Positions 1 through 11,107 of a stretch of DNA of 64,000 nt are shown here, one piece after another; within the stretch, counting starts at the first letter, position 1; each line of letters opens with the position of its first letter. This stretch comes from Candidatus Marinacidobacterales bacterium (GTDB taxonomy: Bacteria > Acidobacteriota > Vicinamibacteria > Marinacidobacterales > DATDRI01). The notes below the pieces were generated by a model. It saw only the letters and a program-made list of their open reading frames with translations. It searched no databases and was not told the origin of the DNA. A program made the position numbers and the translations under genes. The stretch covers positions 1,600,001-1,664,000 of the forward strand of contig OZ244742.1 of the NCBI GenBank assembly GCA_965219415.1. Direction: 5' to 3'.

Positions 1-511
1 ATTCCGGCAATACCCCGAACTTTTCTTCGACCCCCTTTTCATCCAACACCCTTTGACGACGACGATCCCAACACACGACCCGCTTTCCCACGACGCACTG
101 CGTGAGATCCTTGTCCGGTGTGCAAATCACGACCTGCTCGACGCCCTTCGCATCCCTCCACCGGGCGGCTCCAGCGGCCAGGGCGTCGTCCGCTTCGAAC
201 TTCACCATCGGCCACACCACCATCCCGAGTGCGTCCGCGGCTCGCTCGGCGAGTGGGAACTGCTCCCATAGTACGGGTTCGATCCCCTCTCCGGTCTTGT
301 AGCCGTCGAAGAGATCGTTACGGAAGGACTCGATCACGTGATCGAAGGCGCAAGCGACGTGCGTGACATCGTCTTGGAGGAGTAGCGCAACAAAGCTGCG
401 CATCAACCCTCGAGTGGCGCCAACCTCACGTCCCTTTGGATCGAGCGCGCTGGGGGCGCCGTAGTAGGCCCTAAAGAGCTCATAGGTCCCATCGACCAAG
501 TGGATTTTCAT
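1..511 (-). CDS. 5'-3' exonuclease / flap endonuclease (Xni/ExoIX-like), runs off window start
   Basis: Manual translation from ATG at 511 (absent from ORF track): MKIHLVDGTYELFRAYYG...AFDHVIESFRNDLFDGYK...FEADDALA...TPDKDLTQ...EKFGVLPE; acidic motifs of the 5' nuclease family. Confidence 0.9.
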   Translation of the reverse strand, partial: MKIHLVDGTYELFRAYYGAPSALDPKGREVGATRGLMRSFVALLLQDDVTHVACAFDHVIESFRNDLFDGYKTGEGIEPVLWEQFPLAERAADALGMVVWPMVKFEADDALAAGAARWRDAKGVEQVVICTPDKDLTQCVVGKRVVCWDRRRQRVLDEKGVEEKFGVLPE

Positions 512-559
512 CGGTGCGTTGCCCGTCCAGTTCGCATTCTATGGATCGGGGGGCAGAGT

Positions 560-1034
560 TCAAACGGCAGGATGTTTGGCGAGTCGATACTGAACGTGGA
601 GTAGGTAGGCTCCCCAGATCAGGGCGATCACAATGAGAACCGACCCCGAAAGATGGGCCAGGCGGGCGAGGGTGTGATCCCACGTGAGAAGACCCAGCTG
701 CGACAGAAGGCTGTTCCAGTCGTGATAGCCGGGTACATCCCGGCCCGTCACGCCGCCCAGTAGGATCATCCTTTGCGCTCGGGCGTCGTTAATGCACGGC
801 GCGAGCTCACACATGCTCTGACCCGTCGCGCGACAAAATCAGATGCACGAAGCTGGGTGCCAATTGGGATCGCTCGATGGACGCGAAAACGACGCTCCAG
901 CTCAAAAGGAATAGAGCTATCCAAACAACCGGCTCGGCCGACCAAGTCCACGTGCTGGTGTGGCTGGGAAGATAGAGGGCGCGTCGGAGCAGGTAATCCG
1001 TGACGTCCCGCTTCATGTGGGAGGACCGTCGCAA
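560..1034 (-). pseudogene. Fragmented membrane protein (INDARA...GGVTGRDVPGYHDWN family), internally deleted and frameshifted
   Basis: Two hydrophobic ORF pieces (807-1034, 560-814) in different frames; C-terminal HDWN motif present, central part apparently missing. Confidence 0.5.
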
Positions 1035-1048
1035 CGAGCTTGGCTTGG

Positions 1049-1840
1049 CTAGTACTTCCTTGCGTCCACGCGCACTTGGGCGTCTAGGAAGGTCTGATAG
1101 AGTCGTGTGCGCTCGTACATTGTGCTCCGCAGCAACTCGTCGGACGCCCCGATATCTTTGGGACTAAGCACCAAATCGACCATGGCGGCAAAAGCCTGCG
1201 TCCCGTCGCCGGTGCTCAGATCGCTCCCCACCAAGACGAGGAATAGATTGCGCCGGGCCTCGGGCGCGAACGTGATGATGCGATTGTAGAGCCCCGCGCC
1301 GTTCGCGTTGCCATTTCGCGCCGTCGCGACGAGCGCGTAGCTTTCCCGTTCCAAGAAGCGAACCCCCTGATCTGCATCGGGGACAACGTCCACTCCGAGT
1401 CCAATCCGTTGTAGTGCGGCAGCCATCACGTTTTGCACGCTCTGATCGTCGAGCACGATGAGGGCGCGCCTGCTGGAACCATCGTCCTGACTCGGCTCGC
1501 CGACGGAAGCGGGTTGCGATTGTTGAACTGGTTGAGACCGCGGCGTCGGCGAAGGTGGCGCTGCCTGAGCCGGTGGTGGAGCCTGTTTCGACGCAGGTGC
1601 CTGCATAGGTGGTGGCGCGGGTTTCGGTTTGGGGACGGCCGGCTTTGGTGACGGGGGAAAAGCAGCCGGTTGGGGTGGTTCCTGAGCGGCCGCACTTTCT
1701 CCCGTCGGTGCCGCACCTGCCTTGCCGGGCAATTTGATAGCGTTCTGACATTTGGGGCAGCGGAGCATGAAAGGCCCGGCCGGAACTTTCGCATCTTCGA
1801 CGACGAGTTTTTGCGAACACTTCGGACAGTTCGTTTCCAC
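1049..1840 (-). CDS. Zinc-ribbon (MJ0042-like) protein with Pro/Ala/Gln linker and receiver-like C-terminal domain
   Basis: CPKC...CPKC at N-terminus, Pro-rich linker, ALIVLDD beta-strand; starts 2 bp after the pilT stop. Confidence 0.75.
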   Translation of the reverse strand: METNCPKCSQKLVVEDAKVPAGPFMLRCPKCQNAIKLPGKAGAAPTGESAAAQEPPQPAAFPPSPKPAVPKPKPAPPPMQAPASKQAPPPAQAAPPSPTPRSQPVQQSQPASVGEPSQDDGSSRRALIVLDDQSVQNVMAAALQRIGLGVDVVPDADQGVRFLERESYALVATARNGNANGAGLYNRIITFAPEARRNLFLVLVGSDLSTGDGTQAFAAMVDLVLSPKDIGASDELLRSTMYERTRLYQTFLDAQVRVDARKY

Positions 1841-1842
1841 GT

Positions 1843-3033
1843 TTACCTCTCGATCAGCGTGTCCATATCCGAGCCTGCACCCACACTCGCCTCGTCACTG
1901 GTGGAGGTGCCCGCACTGCCCTCGCCGTCTTCGATCCCGTCGGCGTGGGAACCGAGGCGCAGACGAAGGTTGGTTGGGTTGGTCGCATACGTCAGCGCTT
2001 CCCCAGCCCCCAGGTTGCCCGCTTCCACGAGTCTTTGGAGCTCGGAGTCGAACGTCTGCATTCCATCCAGCGCTCCATCTTCCATGGCGTCGTTGAGGCT
2101 CTTCCCTTCCCTTTCACCCTCCTGGATGTACTCGCGAGTCCGCGAGTTGGCGCGCAGTATCTCGCAAATAGCTCTGCGGCCCCCGCCCTCTTTCGGAATC
2201 AGCTTCTGGCTGACGATCCACTTGAACGATTGTGCGAAACGCATACGTATCTGACGCTCTTCGTCCTTGGGGAAGACACCCACGATGCGATCGATGGTCT
2301 TGGCAGCGTCGATGGTGTGGAGCGTCGAGAGAACGAGATGTCCGGTCTCCGATGCCTCGAGGGCGGTGGAGATGGTCTCCAGGTCTCGCATCTCACCCAC
2401 CAAGATGACCTTGGGGGCCTGGCGCAGGGCGGCCCTCAGGGCGTTGGCGAAATTCTCGGTGTCGGTGCCAATCTCTCTCTGATTGATGGTCGCCTTGTCG
2501 TTGCGGTAGAGATACTCAATAGGATCCTCAATCGTGACGATGTGTATCGCCTTGTCGTGGTTCATCCGGTTGATGAGCGCCGCCAGCGTCGTGGATTTGC
2601 CCGAGCCGGTAGGGCCGGTCACCAGCACGATCCCGTTTCGCTCCCGCGTGATCTCATTGAGTTGGCTCGGTAGTCCGAGCTCTTCGACCGTCGGGATCCT
2701 GTTAGGGATAACCCGCAAAACTACGGAGTACGTCCCCCGCTGGGAAAATATGTTGACCCGAAACCGAGTTCGCCGGGGCAAAGAATAGGAGAGGTCGGCC
2801 GAGCCGGTCCGTACAAGCTTGTCCGCCAAGTCCTTTTTACCGCGCATCAGCCGCAAGGCGATGAGCTCGGTGTGGTAAGGCATCAACCGTTCGATGGAGG
2901 CATAAGGAACGCCGCGTAGTTGCCCGTCCACCTCCACCTGAGGGGGTCTCCCTACAGACAAGTTCAAGTCGGATACGGTGGGAGCTGTGTCCAACATCGC
3001 TTCTAGCAGCGGGTTGAGATCAAAATAGGGCAT
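1843..3033 (-). CDS. pilT: PilT/PilU family type IV pilus retraction ATPase
   Basis: GPTGSGKST Walker A, TIEDPIE Asp box, ILVGEMRD Walker B, GHLVLSTLHT His box, GMQTFD. Confidence 0.93.
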   Translation of the reverse strand: MPYFDLNPLLEAMLDTAPTVSDLNLSVGRPPQVEVDGQLRGVPYASIERLMPYHTELIALRLMRGKKDLADKLVRTGSADLSYSLPRRTRFRVNIFSQRGTYSVVLRVIPNRIPTVEELGLPSQLNEITRERNGIVLVTGPTGSGKSTTLAALINRMNHDKAIHIVTIEDPIEYLYRNDKATINQREIGTDTENFANALRAALRQAPKVILVGEMRDLETISTALEASETGHLVLSTLHTIDAAKTIDRIVGVFPKDEERQIRMRFAQSFKWIVSQKLIPKEGGGRRAICEILRANSRTREYIQEGEREGKSLNDAMEDGALDGMQTFDSELQRLVEAGNLGAGEALTYATNPTNLRLRLGSHADGIEDGEGSAGTSTSDEASVGAGSDMDTLIER

Positions 3034-3137
3034 CCGCGATCCTCCACACGGCCTGCGGCGGCAATTTCGTTTTTTTTAGTTACGGGATAGATTTTCACTA
3101 TAACATACCTTCCGAACCCTAACCAGGGACTCACAGG

Positions 3138-4031
3138 TTGATGAGCACTTCCAAAGAGCCGATCCCGTTTGCTGGGTGTTTCCGAAACGATTCCTCGCCC
3201 GAGTCCAACCTTGTCTTCGTTGGGATTCCCGACGACTCCCAATCTTCCTATCGCTTCGGTTGCGCGGATGGACCGAAAGCCATTCGCAGCGCGTACGATG
3301 GGAGAAGCTTCAACTCCACGACCGAATCCGGCGTCGACCTCGTGGCCGCGATCACCGATCTGGGTGATTTGGCGCCGGAGGAAACGTGGGAGGCAAGCGC
3401 AGAAAATTACCGCATTCACATCCATGACTTGCTCCGTAAGAACCAAACACCTTTTGTTGCCGGAGGAGATCATGCGGTCACGGTTCCGGTCGTAGAAGCT
3501 TTCGCCGGGATGGGAGCCCCGGTACACCCGATACATGTTGTCCAGATCGACGCGCATCCGGACGTCTATCCGGATTTCGAAGGGAGCCTGTCATCCCATG
3601 CGTGCGTAGCGGCGCGTCTGCTCGAAATGGAACACGTCGCATCGGTGACCCAGCTAGGCATCCGAACGTTGAATGCCGAGCAGTCAGGCCAGTTGGACCG
3701 CTACTCCGATCGCCTTCGCATCCTCTACGCCAAGGATCTGATCGGTGACCTTCCCAAGTTGTCACATATAGCAACCGGAGCGCCCGTTTACATCACCGTG
3801 GACCTCGATGGGTTCGACCCGTCGGTCGCTCCCGGCGTGTCCCATCCCGTGCCCGGCGGATTGACGTCGCGGCAAGTCCTGAGCTTCATGGCGAGCGCCG
3901 ACCGGCGAATGGTGGGAATGGACGTGGTGGAGCTCAACCCCTCCGCCGACTTGAACCAGCTCACCGCGATCCTGGCGGCACGGTTGCTACACGAAGGAAT
4001 GGGTTACGTTGCGTCGAGAAAAGAGGTCTAA
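3138..4031 (+). CDS. Ureohydrolase (agmatinase/arginase family)
   Basis: GGDHAV, DAHPD, DLDGFDPSVAPG, DVVELNP Mn-binding motifs. Confidence 0.9.
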   Translation: MMSTSKEPIPFAGCFRNDSSPESNLVFVGIPDDSQSSYRFGCADGPKAIRSAYDGRSFNSTTESGVDLVAAITDLGDLAPEETWEASAENYRIHIHDLLRKNQTPFVAGGDHAVTVPVVEAFAGMGAPVHPIHVVQIDAHPDVYPDFEGSLSSHACVAARLLEMEHVASVTQLGIRTLNAEQSGQLDRYSDRLRILYAKDLIGDLPKLSHIATGAPVYITVDLDGFDPSVAPGVSHPVPGGLTSRQVLSFMASADRRMVGMDVVELNPSADLNQLTAILAARLLHEGMGYVASRKEV

Positions 4032-4063
4032 GAAAACAACACTCTAGACAGGATGAAGAGGGC

Positions 4064-4870
4064 CTAACTAAGCGATCGGAGTTTCTTCATGAAGTCTCTC
4101 ACCCGGCTTGTGTCCACGGGATTTTCGACCTTCCCGCCGACCTTGAAGTAGCTACCCACGATAAGCCCATCGGCCAGCGCCAAGTAGTCCTCGACCGAAT
4201 CGAGAGTGACCCCGCTTCCCACGAAAACCGGGGTCTCACCGGACACCGCCTTCGCACGTTCCAGTTCCTTCACATCGGCCGCTTTCCCGGTCCCGGTGCC
4301 GGACACGATGATCCCATCGGCACCAGCGCGATCGATGAGATCGGCCACTTCGTCCTCCAACTTGACGGTCCCCAATGGAGCCGAATGCTTGACGTTCACG
4401 TCCGCCAGGATTTTCGTTTTTTCGGCTCCAAGTAGCTTTCGATCCCGCAGGAGCTCGTGGGCAACGCCCTCGAGAACTCCTTGATCCGTTACCCGTGCGC
4501 CGGCCAGGACGTTCACGCGAATGAATTGAGCGTCCGCCGCGTGAGCGACGGCGAGCGCCGCCCGCGCATCGTTCCGTAGAACGTTAATGCCCAGCGGGAT
4601 GTCGAATCGCCGACGGGTCTCGACGGCGAGAGTCGCCACGTGGGCCGTGGTCCACGGCGGGACATTCCGAGGAAAAAACGGGCGATCTCCGAAGTTCTCC
4701 AGCATGAGACCGTCCACACCGGCATCGACTAACGCCTCGGCGTCCCGCCACAATCCAACGCGGATGGCTTCGAGCTCACCACCGAAGGCTGGCGATCCGG
4801 GAAGCGCCGGCAGGTGCAGCATTCCGACTACCGGTTTGCTTACCGACTTCCAAGCATCGATCAAGGCCAT
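4064..4870 (-). CDS. BtpA/SgcQ family protein
   Basis: GMLHLPALPG, ENFGDRPF, GINVLRND, DVNVKHS, VSGTGTG, GSGV; start taken at MALID (4870). Confidence 0.9.
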   Translation of the reverse strand: MALIDAWKSVSKPVVGMLHLPALPGSPAFGGELEAIRVGLWRDAEALVDAGVDGLMLENFGDRPFFPRNVPPWTTAHVATLAVETRRRFDIPLGINVLRNDARAALAVAHAADAQFIRVNVLAGARVTDQGVLEGVAHELLRDRKLLGAEKTKILADVNVKHSAPLGTVKLEDEVADLIDRAGADGIIVSGTGTGKAADVKELERAKAVSGETPVFVGSGVTLDSVEDYLALADGLIVGSYFKVGGKVENPVDTSRVRDFMKKLRSLS

Positions 4871-4895
4871 TGAATACAATCTCGCATAACCACGC

Positions 4896-7367
4896 TCAGA
4901 AATCGAACCCAAATCTCATACCTGCCGAGAGCGGCACACTGTCCGCGAACTCCCCGAAGAACGGACTACCGATATTGCTATAGACGTCGCGGGGGTTGAA
5001 GTGACTCGTGGTGTTGAAAATCTGAAAGCCGATGCGAAACGTCTTACGGTGAAACGTGAGCTGCTTCATGACCCGAATGTCGAACGAAAAGAACGTTGGA
5101 AACCGGCCGCCCCGGTTGCGCTCACCAACGACACGGTAGTCCGGCGTGAAAGTAGTGTATGGAAAACCCGAGCGCCACTCGAATCCAGGCGTCAGAAAAA
5201 TGTCATGAGGCAGTTCGACCACACCCCACAGAAGAAACCGATGCGGCACGTCGAAGGGTTGCAAGGAGAACTCGTTGTCGAGCAGGATCGGGCTTCGTCG
5301 ATCGCGGTAGAGCGTCTCAAAGTTGTTCAGGTCCGATGAAGTGCGAGACTTGACATACGAGAAGAAGAGTCGCCCGCCCGAAGAAAGGTTCTTCCGCACC
5401 GTGATGTCGAACTCCTTACTGTTCGAGTTACCGTCTGACGACAGCAGGAGCATCGGCCCCTCCGGGGTCTCCTCCAGACGATTGATGACCATCTCGTCGT
5501 TCCCGCGCCGCTCCTGATACTTGACCCGCACCAGCCAATCCTCGCCGAGCTGATGGTTGACCTCCACGTTCCAGGTTGTGCTAACCGGGACGTCCAAGTC
5601 CGGGTCGATCACATTGCGGAACACCAATGGCGGACCGACCGGCTCTCCATCCAGCCCAAACTCCGTCTCCACCCGTGTCTGAAGCGACTCGAAGTCGCCG
5701 GCATGGAGGAAAACGTGGTCGAAGAACACGCCCCAACCACCCTTGAGAATGGTACGCCCTTCTTCCCACGGCGAATAGGCGACCGCGAACCGAGGCGCAA
5801 AGTGCTGACTACGGGTGATCCGGTTGTAGTCGTAGCGGAGGCCCGCGTCCAAACCGAGTCTCGACGTGGGGCGCCATTGATCTTGAACGTAGCCTGCGAT
5901 GACCCAATCCGATGCACCAACTTGGGGACTGCCCATGAACTCCGTCGTGCGAAGTATGTTTCCGTCCGTTCCCAGCGTTTCAATCATGCTGCTTCGATCG
6001 ATTCCGCTGAACGTCGCGTAGGAAATATTGCTACCGATCTTGAGGACATGATGGCCGCGTTTGCTGGGAATGAAGTGGGTACAGGAGTTCTTGAACTCGA
6101 ACAAAAGGCTCTGGCGATCGATCTCATTGAAGTAGTTTTGGCGAAGTCCGTTCACCGTTAGAAGCGAGTCGCCCTCCCCCTGCGACGTGACCCGGACATC
6201 GTAGTTTTTGACGGCGAACAGGGTCTCCCACAACGTGTTGGAGCTGGTCGTGGCTCGCTCCGCGATCGCCAAATTCCACCCCGAAGCATGGAACTCGGGG
6301 GTCGCAGTCTCGGGCTGCAAGACGCTCAGTCCCCAGTTCTCGATCTCCACGGGGAAATAGGAGAACGTCGTCGTGAGAGAGTGAACCTCGTTGAGCTTCC
6401 AATCGAATTGCGTGAAACTATCGATATTCTCGACGATCTCCTCGTCCGAACCGACGATGTCTTCACGCACCCGAGAGCGCACGAACCGATAGGCGACGCC
6501 CTGGGAAATCCAAGCCTTTCCTTTTCGCAGCGGACCGCTTACTTGGACGCGAGGAGTCCATGAGTTGATCCCTTGAACCTTCCCGCTGCGCCATCTGAAG
6601 CTGGGGAAGAGCGCACCGAAATCGACATCCCACTCGTCACTTCCAGCCCGGGTCACCACGTTCGCCACCGCTGCGGTCACGCTCCCGAACTCGGCCGAAT
6701 AAGGAATCGTGTAGACCTCGACGCTATCCACGGCCTTCAACGGTAGCTCGAAGGCAAACTCCCCGGTCAACGGGTCGGTCGCGTTCGAGCCGTTCACCAG
6801 CAGCATGCTTTGGGCGGAACGGGCACCGTTGAAGTTGAGGCGCCCCCTTCGCCCCCGGACCACGCCAGGGAGAAGGGGTAACGCCTCTTGGAATCGATCG
6901 GTGGGAAGAGGTAGTACCTCGAGGATATTACTGCTGATTTCTTCCTCAGGCACGGGACTCGTAACGTCATTCAGCGGTGTTTCTTCGACGCGTACCTCTT
7001 CGGAAACCGCCAGTCGAAGATTCAAGGAGATCTGAATCGTCTCGCCAGACTCTAGGTCGAGGGGCGAGTGGATGAAATCTCTGAAACCCGCCAACGCCGC
7101 GACCGGAGTGTAAATAGCGGGAGGGAGCTTGGTAAAAACGAACTCCCCCGATTCATCTGTCGTCGATACCCGCGCCGTGGAGGCGTCCGATGAATAGAGT
7201 GAAATCACCACCCCCGGCAACGGAACACCGGTGGGGTCGTAGACGGTGCCCTCGATAATGCCGTCGGAACATAGAGCGTCCGCCGAGAACGCGGAAAGAA
7301 AAAACAAGAGCGATAGATGCCCCACGTGAAAATGACTTGGGATGGTGTTTCGTAAGAGCTCGAGCAA
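4896..7367 (-). CDS. TonB-dependent receptor with N-terminal carboxypeptidase-regulatory-like domain
   Basis: Signal peptide, GTVYDPTGVPLPG, plug LPGV/YSAEFG, YVQDQWR, GLRYD, terminal Phe; exact start uncertain. Confidence 0.88.
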   Translation of the reverse strand: MLELLRNTIPSHFHVGHLSLLFFLSAFSADALCSDGIIEGTVYDPTGVPLPGVVISLYSSDASTARVSTTDESGEFVFTKLPPAIYTPVAALAGFRDFIHSPLDLESGETIQISLNLRLAVSEEVRVEETPLNDVTSPVPEEEISSNILEVLPLPTDRFQEALPLLPGVVRGRRGRLNFNGARSAQSMLLVNGSNATDPLTGEFAFELPLKAVDSVEVYTIPYSAEFGSVTAAVANVVTRAGSDEWDVDFGALFPSFRWRSGKVQGINSWTPRVQVSGPLRKGKAWISQGVAYRFVRSRVREDIVGSDEEIVENIDSFTQFDWKLNEVHSLTTTFSYFPVEIENWGLSVLQPETATPEFHASGWNLAIAERATTSSNTLWETLFAVKNYDVRVTSQGEGDSLLTVNGLRQNYFNEIDRQSLLFEFKNSCTHFIPSKRGHHVLKIGSNISYATFSGIDRSSMIETLGTDGNILRTTEFMGSPQVGASDWVIAGYVQDQWRPTSRLGLDAGLRYDYNRITRSQHFAPRFAVAYSPWEEGRTILKGGWGVFFDHVFLHAGDFESLQTRVETEFGLDGEPVGPPLVFRNVIDPDLDVPVSTTWNVEVNHQLGEDWLVRVKYQERRGNDEMVINRLEETPEGPMLLLSSDGNSNSKEFDITVRKNLSSGGRLFFSYVKSRTSSDLNNFETLYRDRRSPILLDNEFSLQPFDVPHRFLLWGVVELPHDIFLTPGFEWRSGFPYTTFTPDYRVVGERNRGGRFPTFFSFDIRVMKQLTFHRKTFRIGFQIFNTTSHFNPRDVYSNIGSPFFGEFADSVPLSAGMRFGFDF

Positions 7368-7374
7368 GGATGAC

Positions 7375-7855
7375 CTGGGGAAACGGCCATGCGGGGTCCC
7401 GTAATCTCACCATCCTCAATAGCATCTCTAAGCGCGACGTCGGCGTCTCCGCGCCCACCCACGTTGCGAACAGTAGTGAAACCCGCGTCGATCGTTTTTC
7501 GCGCGTTGACGACTCCATGGATCGCTCGCCTCGGTATCGAAAGAGTCAGCTGGCGGTAGCCGTGGTAGCGATGGTCACCCGTCAAATGGACGTGCAGGTC
7601 GATGAGGCCTGGTAGGATCGTCGCTCCGCCGAGGTCGATCACCTTCGCCCCATGAGGCACTTCGACATCGTCCCAATGTCCGACTCGTTCGATCCGGTCT
7701 CCACGGATCAGGATCGCCTGATTCGAAACCGTGTGACCGGAACGGACGTCGAGGAGTCGTCCGGCTCTTACGTAGACGGCCTCCTCCTGTGCGACCAAGG
7801 CGTTAGCTAGAAAAAGCGCCGAACAAAAAGACGATTGGGTTAGCAGTCGTTGCAT
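7375..7855 (-). pseudogene. Amidohydrolase family protein, N-terminal fragment only
   Basis: Signal peptide, IDLGGATILPGLIDLHVH, AGFTTVRNVG, GPRM; homology ends after ~160 aa and abuts the TonB receptor start. Confidence 0.8.
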
Positions 7856-7984
7856 GGCGGCCTCGTAGGAAAAGAAGTAGCGGCGCTATACTAGCATGCG
7901 ATGTAGACGCATCGGGCAACCCCATGAAAGAATAGCCTCCCAAGAAGGCCGACTGGGTCATCCTGTGGCACATAGGCGACATCC

Positions 7985-10007
7985 ATGAAACCGGCTGTTG
8001 GTGGGGATTACATGAATAGCAAGCTCAAATTTCGTTCTCTCCGGTTCTCCAGCTCTCTCGCTCTTAGTAATGATTCCGACTTGTGGGGGGTACCGGCTGG
8101 GCACAGGACTCGGCGGCTACAAAGAGGAATCAGCTGTCACCAGCGTCGAGGTCAATCCGGCGGAGCTTTCAGCCGAAGCCGGGCAGGTGCTCACTTTTAC
8201 CGCGGTCGCAAAAGACGAGGCGGGTAACGCGCTCGACGAGGAGCCGAGTATATGGTTCGCGGCACCTTGGGATCTCGCCGCGATGGAGGACGGGACAGTA
8301 ACGCTTCATCGTGCCGGCAAGGTGCGCGTGGGTGCGGTCATCGGTGGCAAGACCGGGTATGCGACCATCGACGTGAAGCCGGCCGCGATTGCCGCGATAG
8401 ATCTCGACCCGCCTGACTCTCCCGTGGTCGTGGGGGGCGAGGCGAAGCTCGAGGCCACGGCGCGCGACTCCCGAGGGGATCCACGAGAAGACGTGGTCTT
8501 CGTCTGGAACGCCGAGGCTCCTTCCATCGCTACGATCGATGAAGGGGGTATCGTCAGCGGAGTATCTCCGGGCCGCGCGACCTTCTCGGCGAGCGCTTAA
8601 GGAACCCTTGGCAGAGTCAGCGTCGACATCGTTGCTGGTCGGGTCGCGTCGTTGTCGATCGCGCCCCGGCCTCCAAGGTCCGAACCGGAGATGTCGTACG
8701 CTTCGTCGCCACCGCGGTGGACAGCGGCGGTGCTCCCGTGGACGATCCCGCCGTCCGCTGGGCGGTCAGTGGCCAGGGAGCCACGATCGAGGAAGACGGA
8801 GCCTTCGTGGCGGAGCGAGCCGGCGTCTTCCCGGTCTTTGGGATCAGTGGAACGGCGGTGGCTTCGGTCTCGGTCATCGTCACTCCCCGCAACGCGGAGC
8901 GAGAGCTCGAGCTCGTCGGAAGAGTGCTGAACAATGAATTTCAGACCGCCGAGCAGTGGATCTTCGACGACTACGCGTATCTCGCCTCCATCGCGGACAA
9001 AGTACAAGTCTTTGACGTGACGGATCCGTCCGCACCGAAGCAGACCGATACCATCACCGTGGATGCCCGTCTCATCAACGACGTGAGTGTCACCCCGGAC
9101 GGCAAGATCGGGGTTCTAACGCGTGAAGGCGCTTCCAGCCGCAAGAACGGTATCGTCTTTCTGGACACCGCCGATCCCGCCCATCCTCAGATCCTCTCGG
9201 AATACACCGAAACGGTGAGCGGAGGTGTCCATAGCGCTTTCATCGACGGTCACTACGTCTATCTCACCGACGACGCGACCGGTTCTTTGCGGATCATCGA
9301 CTTCGAGGACGTGCATGCCCCGCGCGAGGTCGCGCGATGGCAAGTGGAAAGCCCGACCGCCAAGACCATCGTCATGAAGACACCGGAGGGCGAACATCGA
9401 GTCTCCTCCGGCAGGTACCTTCACGATGTCTACGTCAAAGATGGTCTTGCCTACCTCGCCTACTGGCGAGACGGCCTCGTCATTCTCGACGTTGGCCGCG
9501 GCGTCAAGGGAGGCAGCCCGGTGAAGCCACAGTTCGTGAGTCAGCTCCGCTTCAACTATCACGAGCTCTATGGAAACGATTGACGAGGTCTTCCCCGCCC
9601 AGTTCGATCTCAGTTCGAAGAATCGCTTCCCAGTGCGGGGCATTGCCTTTGTCGTCGACGTCTCCGACATCGAGGCCCCGCGCAAGGTCGCGGAATACAA
9701 CGTTCCCGAGGCCGGTGCTCACAATATCTGGGTCGAAGACGGCATTATGTATATGGGCTACTACAACGGTGGGGCTAGGGTGGTCGACGTGTCCGGCGAG
9801 CTCCGCGGGGATCTCTATCGTCAAGGCCGCGAAATCGCCAGGTTCTGGACCGGCGATCCGGACGGCTTTCGGGTCAATCTGCCTTTCGCCTGGGGTGCGA
9901 AGCCCCACGGCGACCTCATTTACTATAATGACCTCAACAACGGGCTCTGGATCCTGAGACTGGGGAAACCGCGGAACAAAGGATCGACGACCGCGCCTGG
10001 CTACTGA
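7985..10007 (+). pseudogene. Secreted Ig-like (Big_2) plus LVIVD-repeat protein, disrupted
   Basis: Pieces 8070-8600, 8717-9583, 9570-10007; in-frame TAA at 8598, frameshift near 8670, apparent deletion near 9580; GLVILDV and GARVVDVSG repeats. Confidence 0.8.
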
Positions 10008-10013
10008 GGAGGT

Positions 10014-11099
10014 CTATCGTTCGACCGTCTTCCAAAAGGCGATCCCGGCGGCCTGCTCACCCACGTCGACCGTGGCAGCAGTCTCGAGGGTCGAGAGGTC
10101 GATGACCTCGACGGTGCCCGGCTCTGAACCAACCCCTTCCACCGATATGAAGACGTACCGATCATCGGGGGCCACCGCCGCTCCATGCACGACTTTCCTC
10201 TTGGTCGGAATGCGGGCCAGTTCCTTGCCGCTTTCCAGATCGAACACCGATACCGACTGACCGCGTTTATTGGTGGCGACTAACCGGCCGTCGCCGGTCG
10301 ATGCGAGGTTGTAGACCCCAGAGCCCGCAGGAAGACGACGGGTGACCGTCCAAGAATCCGTGTCGACCTCGACGATCTCGTCGGACTGGTTACAGGCCAC
10401 ATAGACGAACGCCCCGTCGGCCGAGGGCTCGGCCCACGTTGGCGAGCACGAGATCGGTTGCCTGGGCTGCGCTCCAACTGGCGCTCCGTGCCTTCCGCTC
10501 TCCTTGCCTTACGAGAGTAGAAAATGACGCGCCACCCGGAACGTCCGTGTATCGATCTCGACCAACGTGTCATCCATCATGCAGGTCGAGTACTGTTTCG
10601 TGCCTTGCGGGTTGATCCGAGAACCGTGTGGCATTGTGCAGGTAGGAATGCGTGCCACCTCGAGCATCTCATCCGTGGCAACGACCGAGACCGACGAAGG
10701 GACCGGATCGCCGTGAAGATTGAAATTGACTACGAAAGCGAATGCACCGTCGGGTGTCACCTTTAACGTTGCCGGAAACAACCCCAGGCTGATCCGACTC
10801 ACCACGGAATCGTCTGCGGCCCGATATTTCCAGAGTGAGCCATACGGACGTCCGTGGCCGAGAGACACGTAGTAGAACTCTCCATCGGGAGACACATCGA
10901 CACCATGCGGGCCATCGATATCCACAGGCATCATCCCGGTTTCAATTTCGCGGTCGACGCTTGCACCATCCGGTCCGAAACGAACGCGAACCACCGTGTC
11001 GGCCGATTCGCAAACGACGTAGACCAGATAGTCTTTCGCAGGCGGGTCGTGAGAAGGAGCGAAAGCAAGAAGGACCAGCGGGGCAAGAGCGAACCACAT
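10014..11099 (-). pseudogene. YncE/YVTN beta-propeller secreted protein with an in-frame stop
   Basis: ORFs 10509-11099 and 10014-10400 share a frame and are separated by a single TAA at 10509-10511; GPHGVDVSPDG and VHGAAVAPDD blades. Confidence 0.85.
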
Positions 11100-11107
11100 A
11101 TCGCGGG

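Noticed and set aside
1500-1720. Low-complexity repeat-like DNA
   Set aside because: Encodes the Pro/Ala/Gln linker of the Zn-ribbon protein; no true nucleotide periodicity
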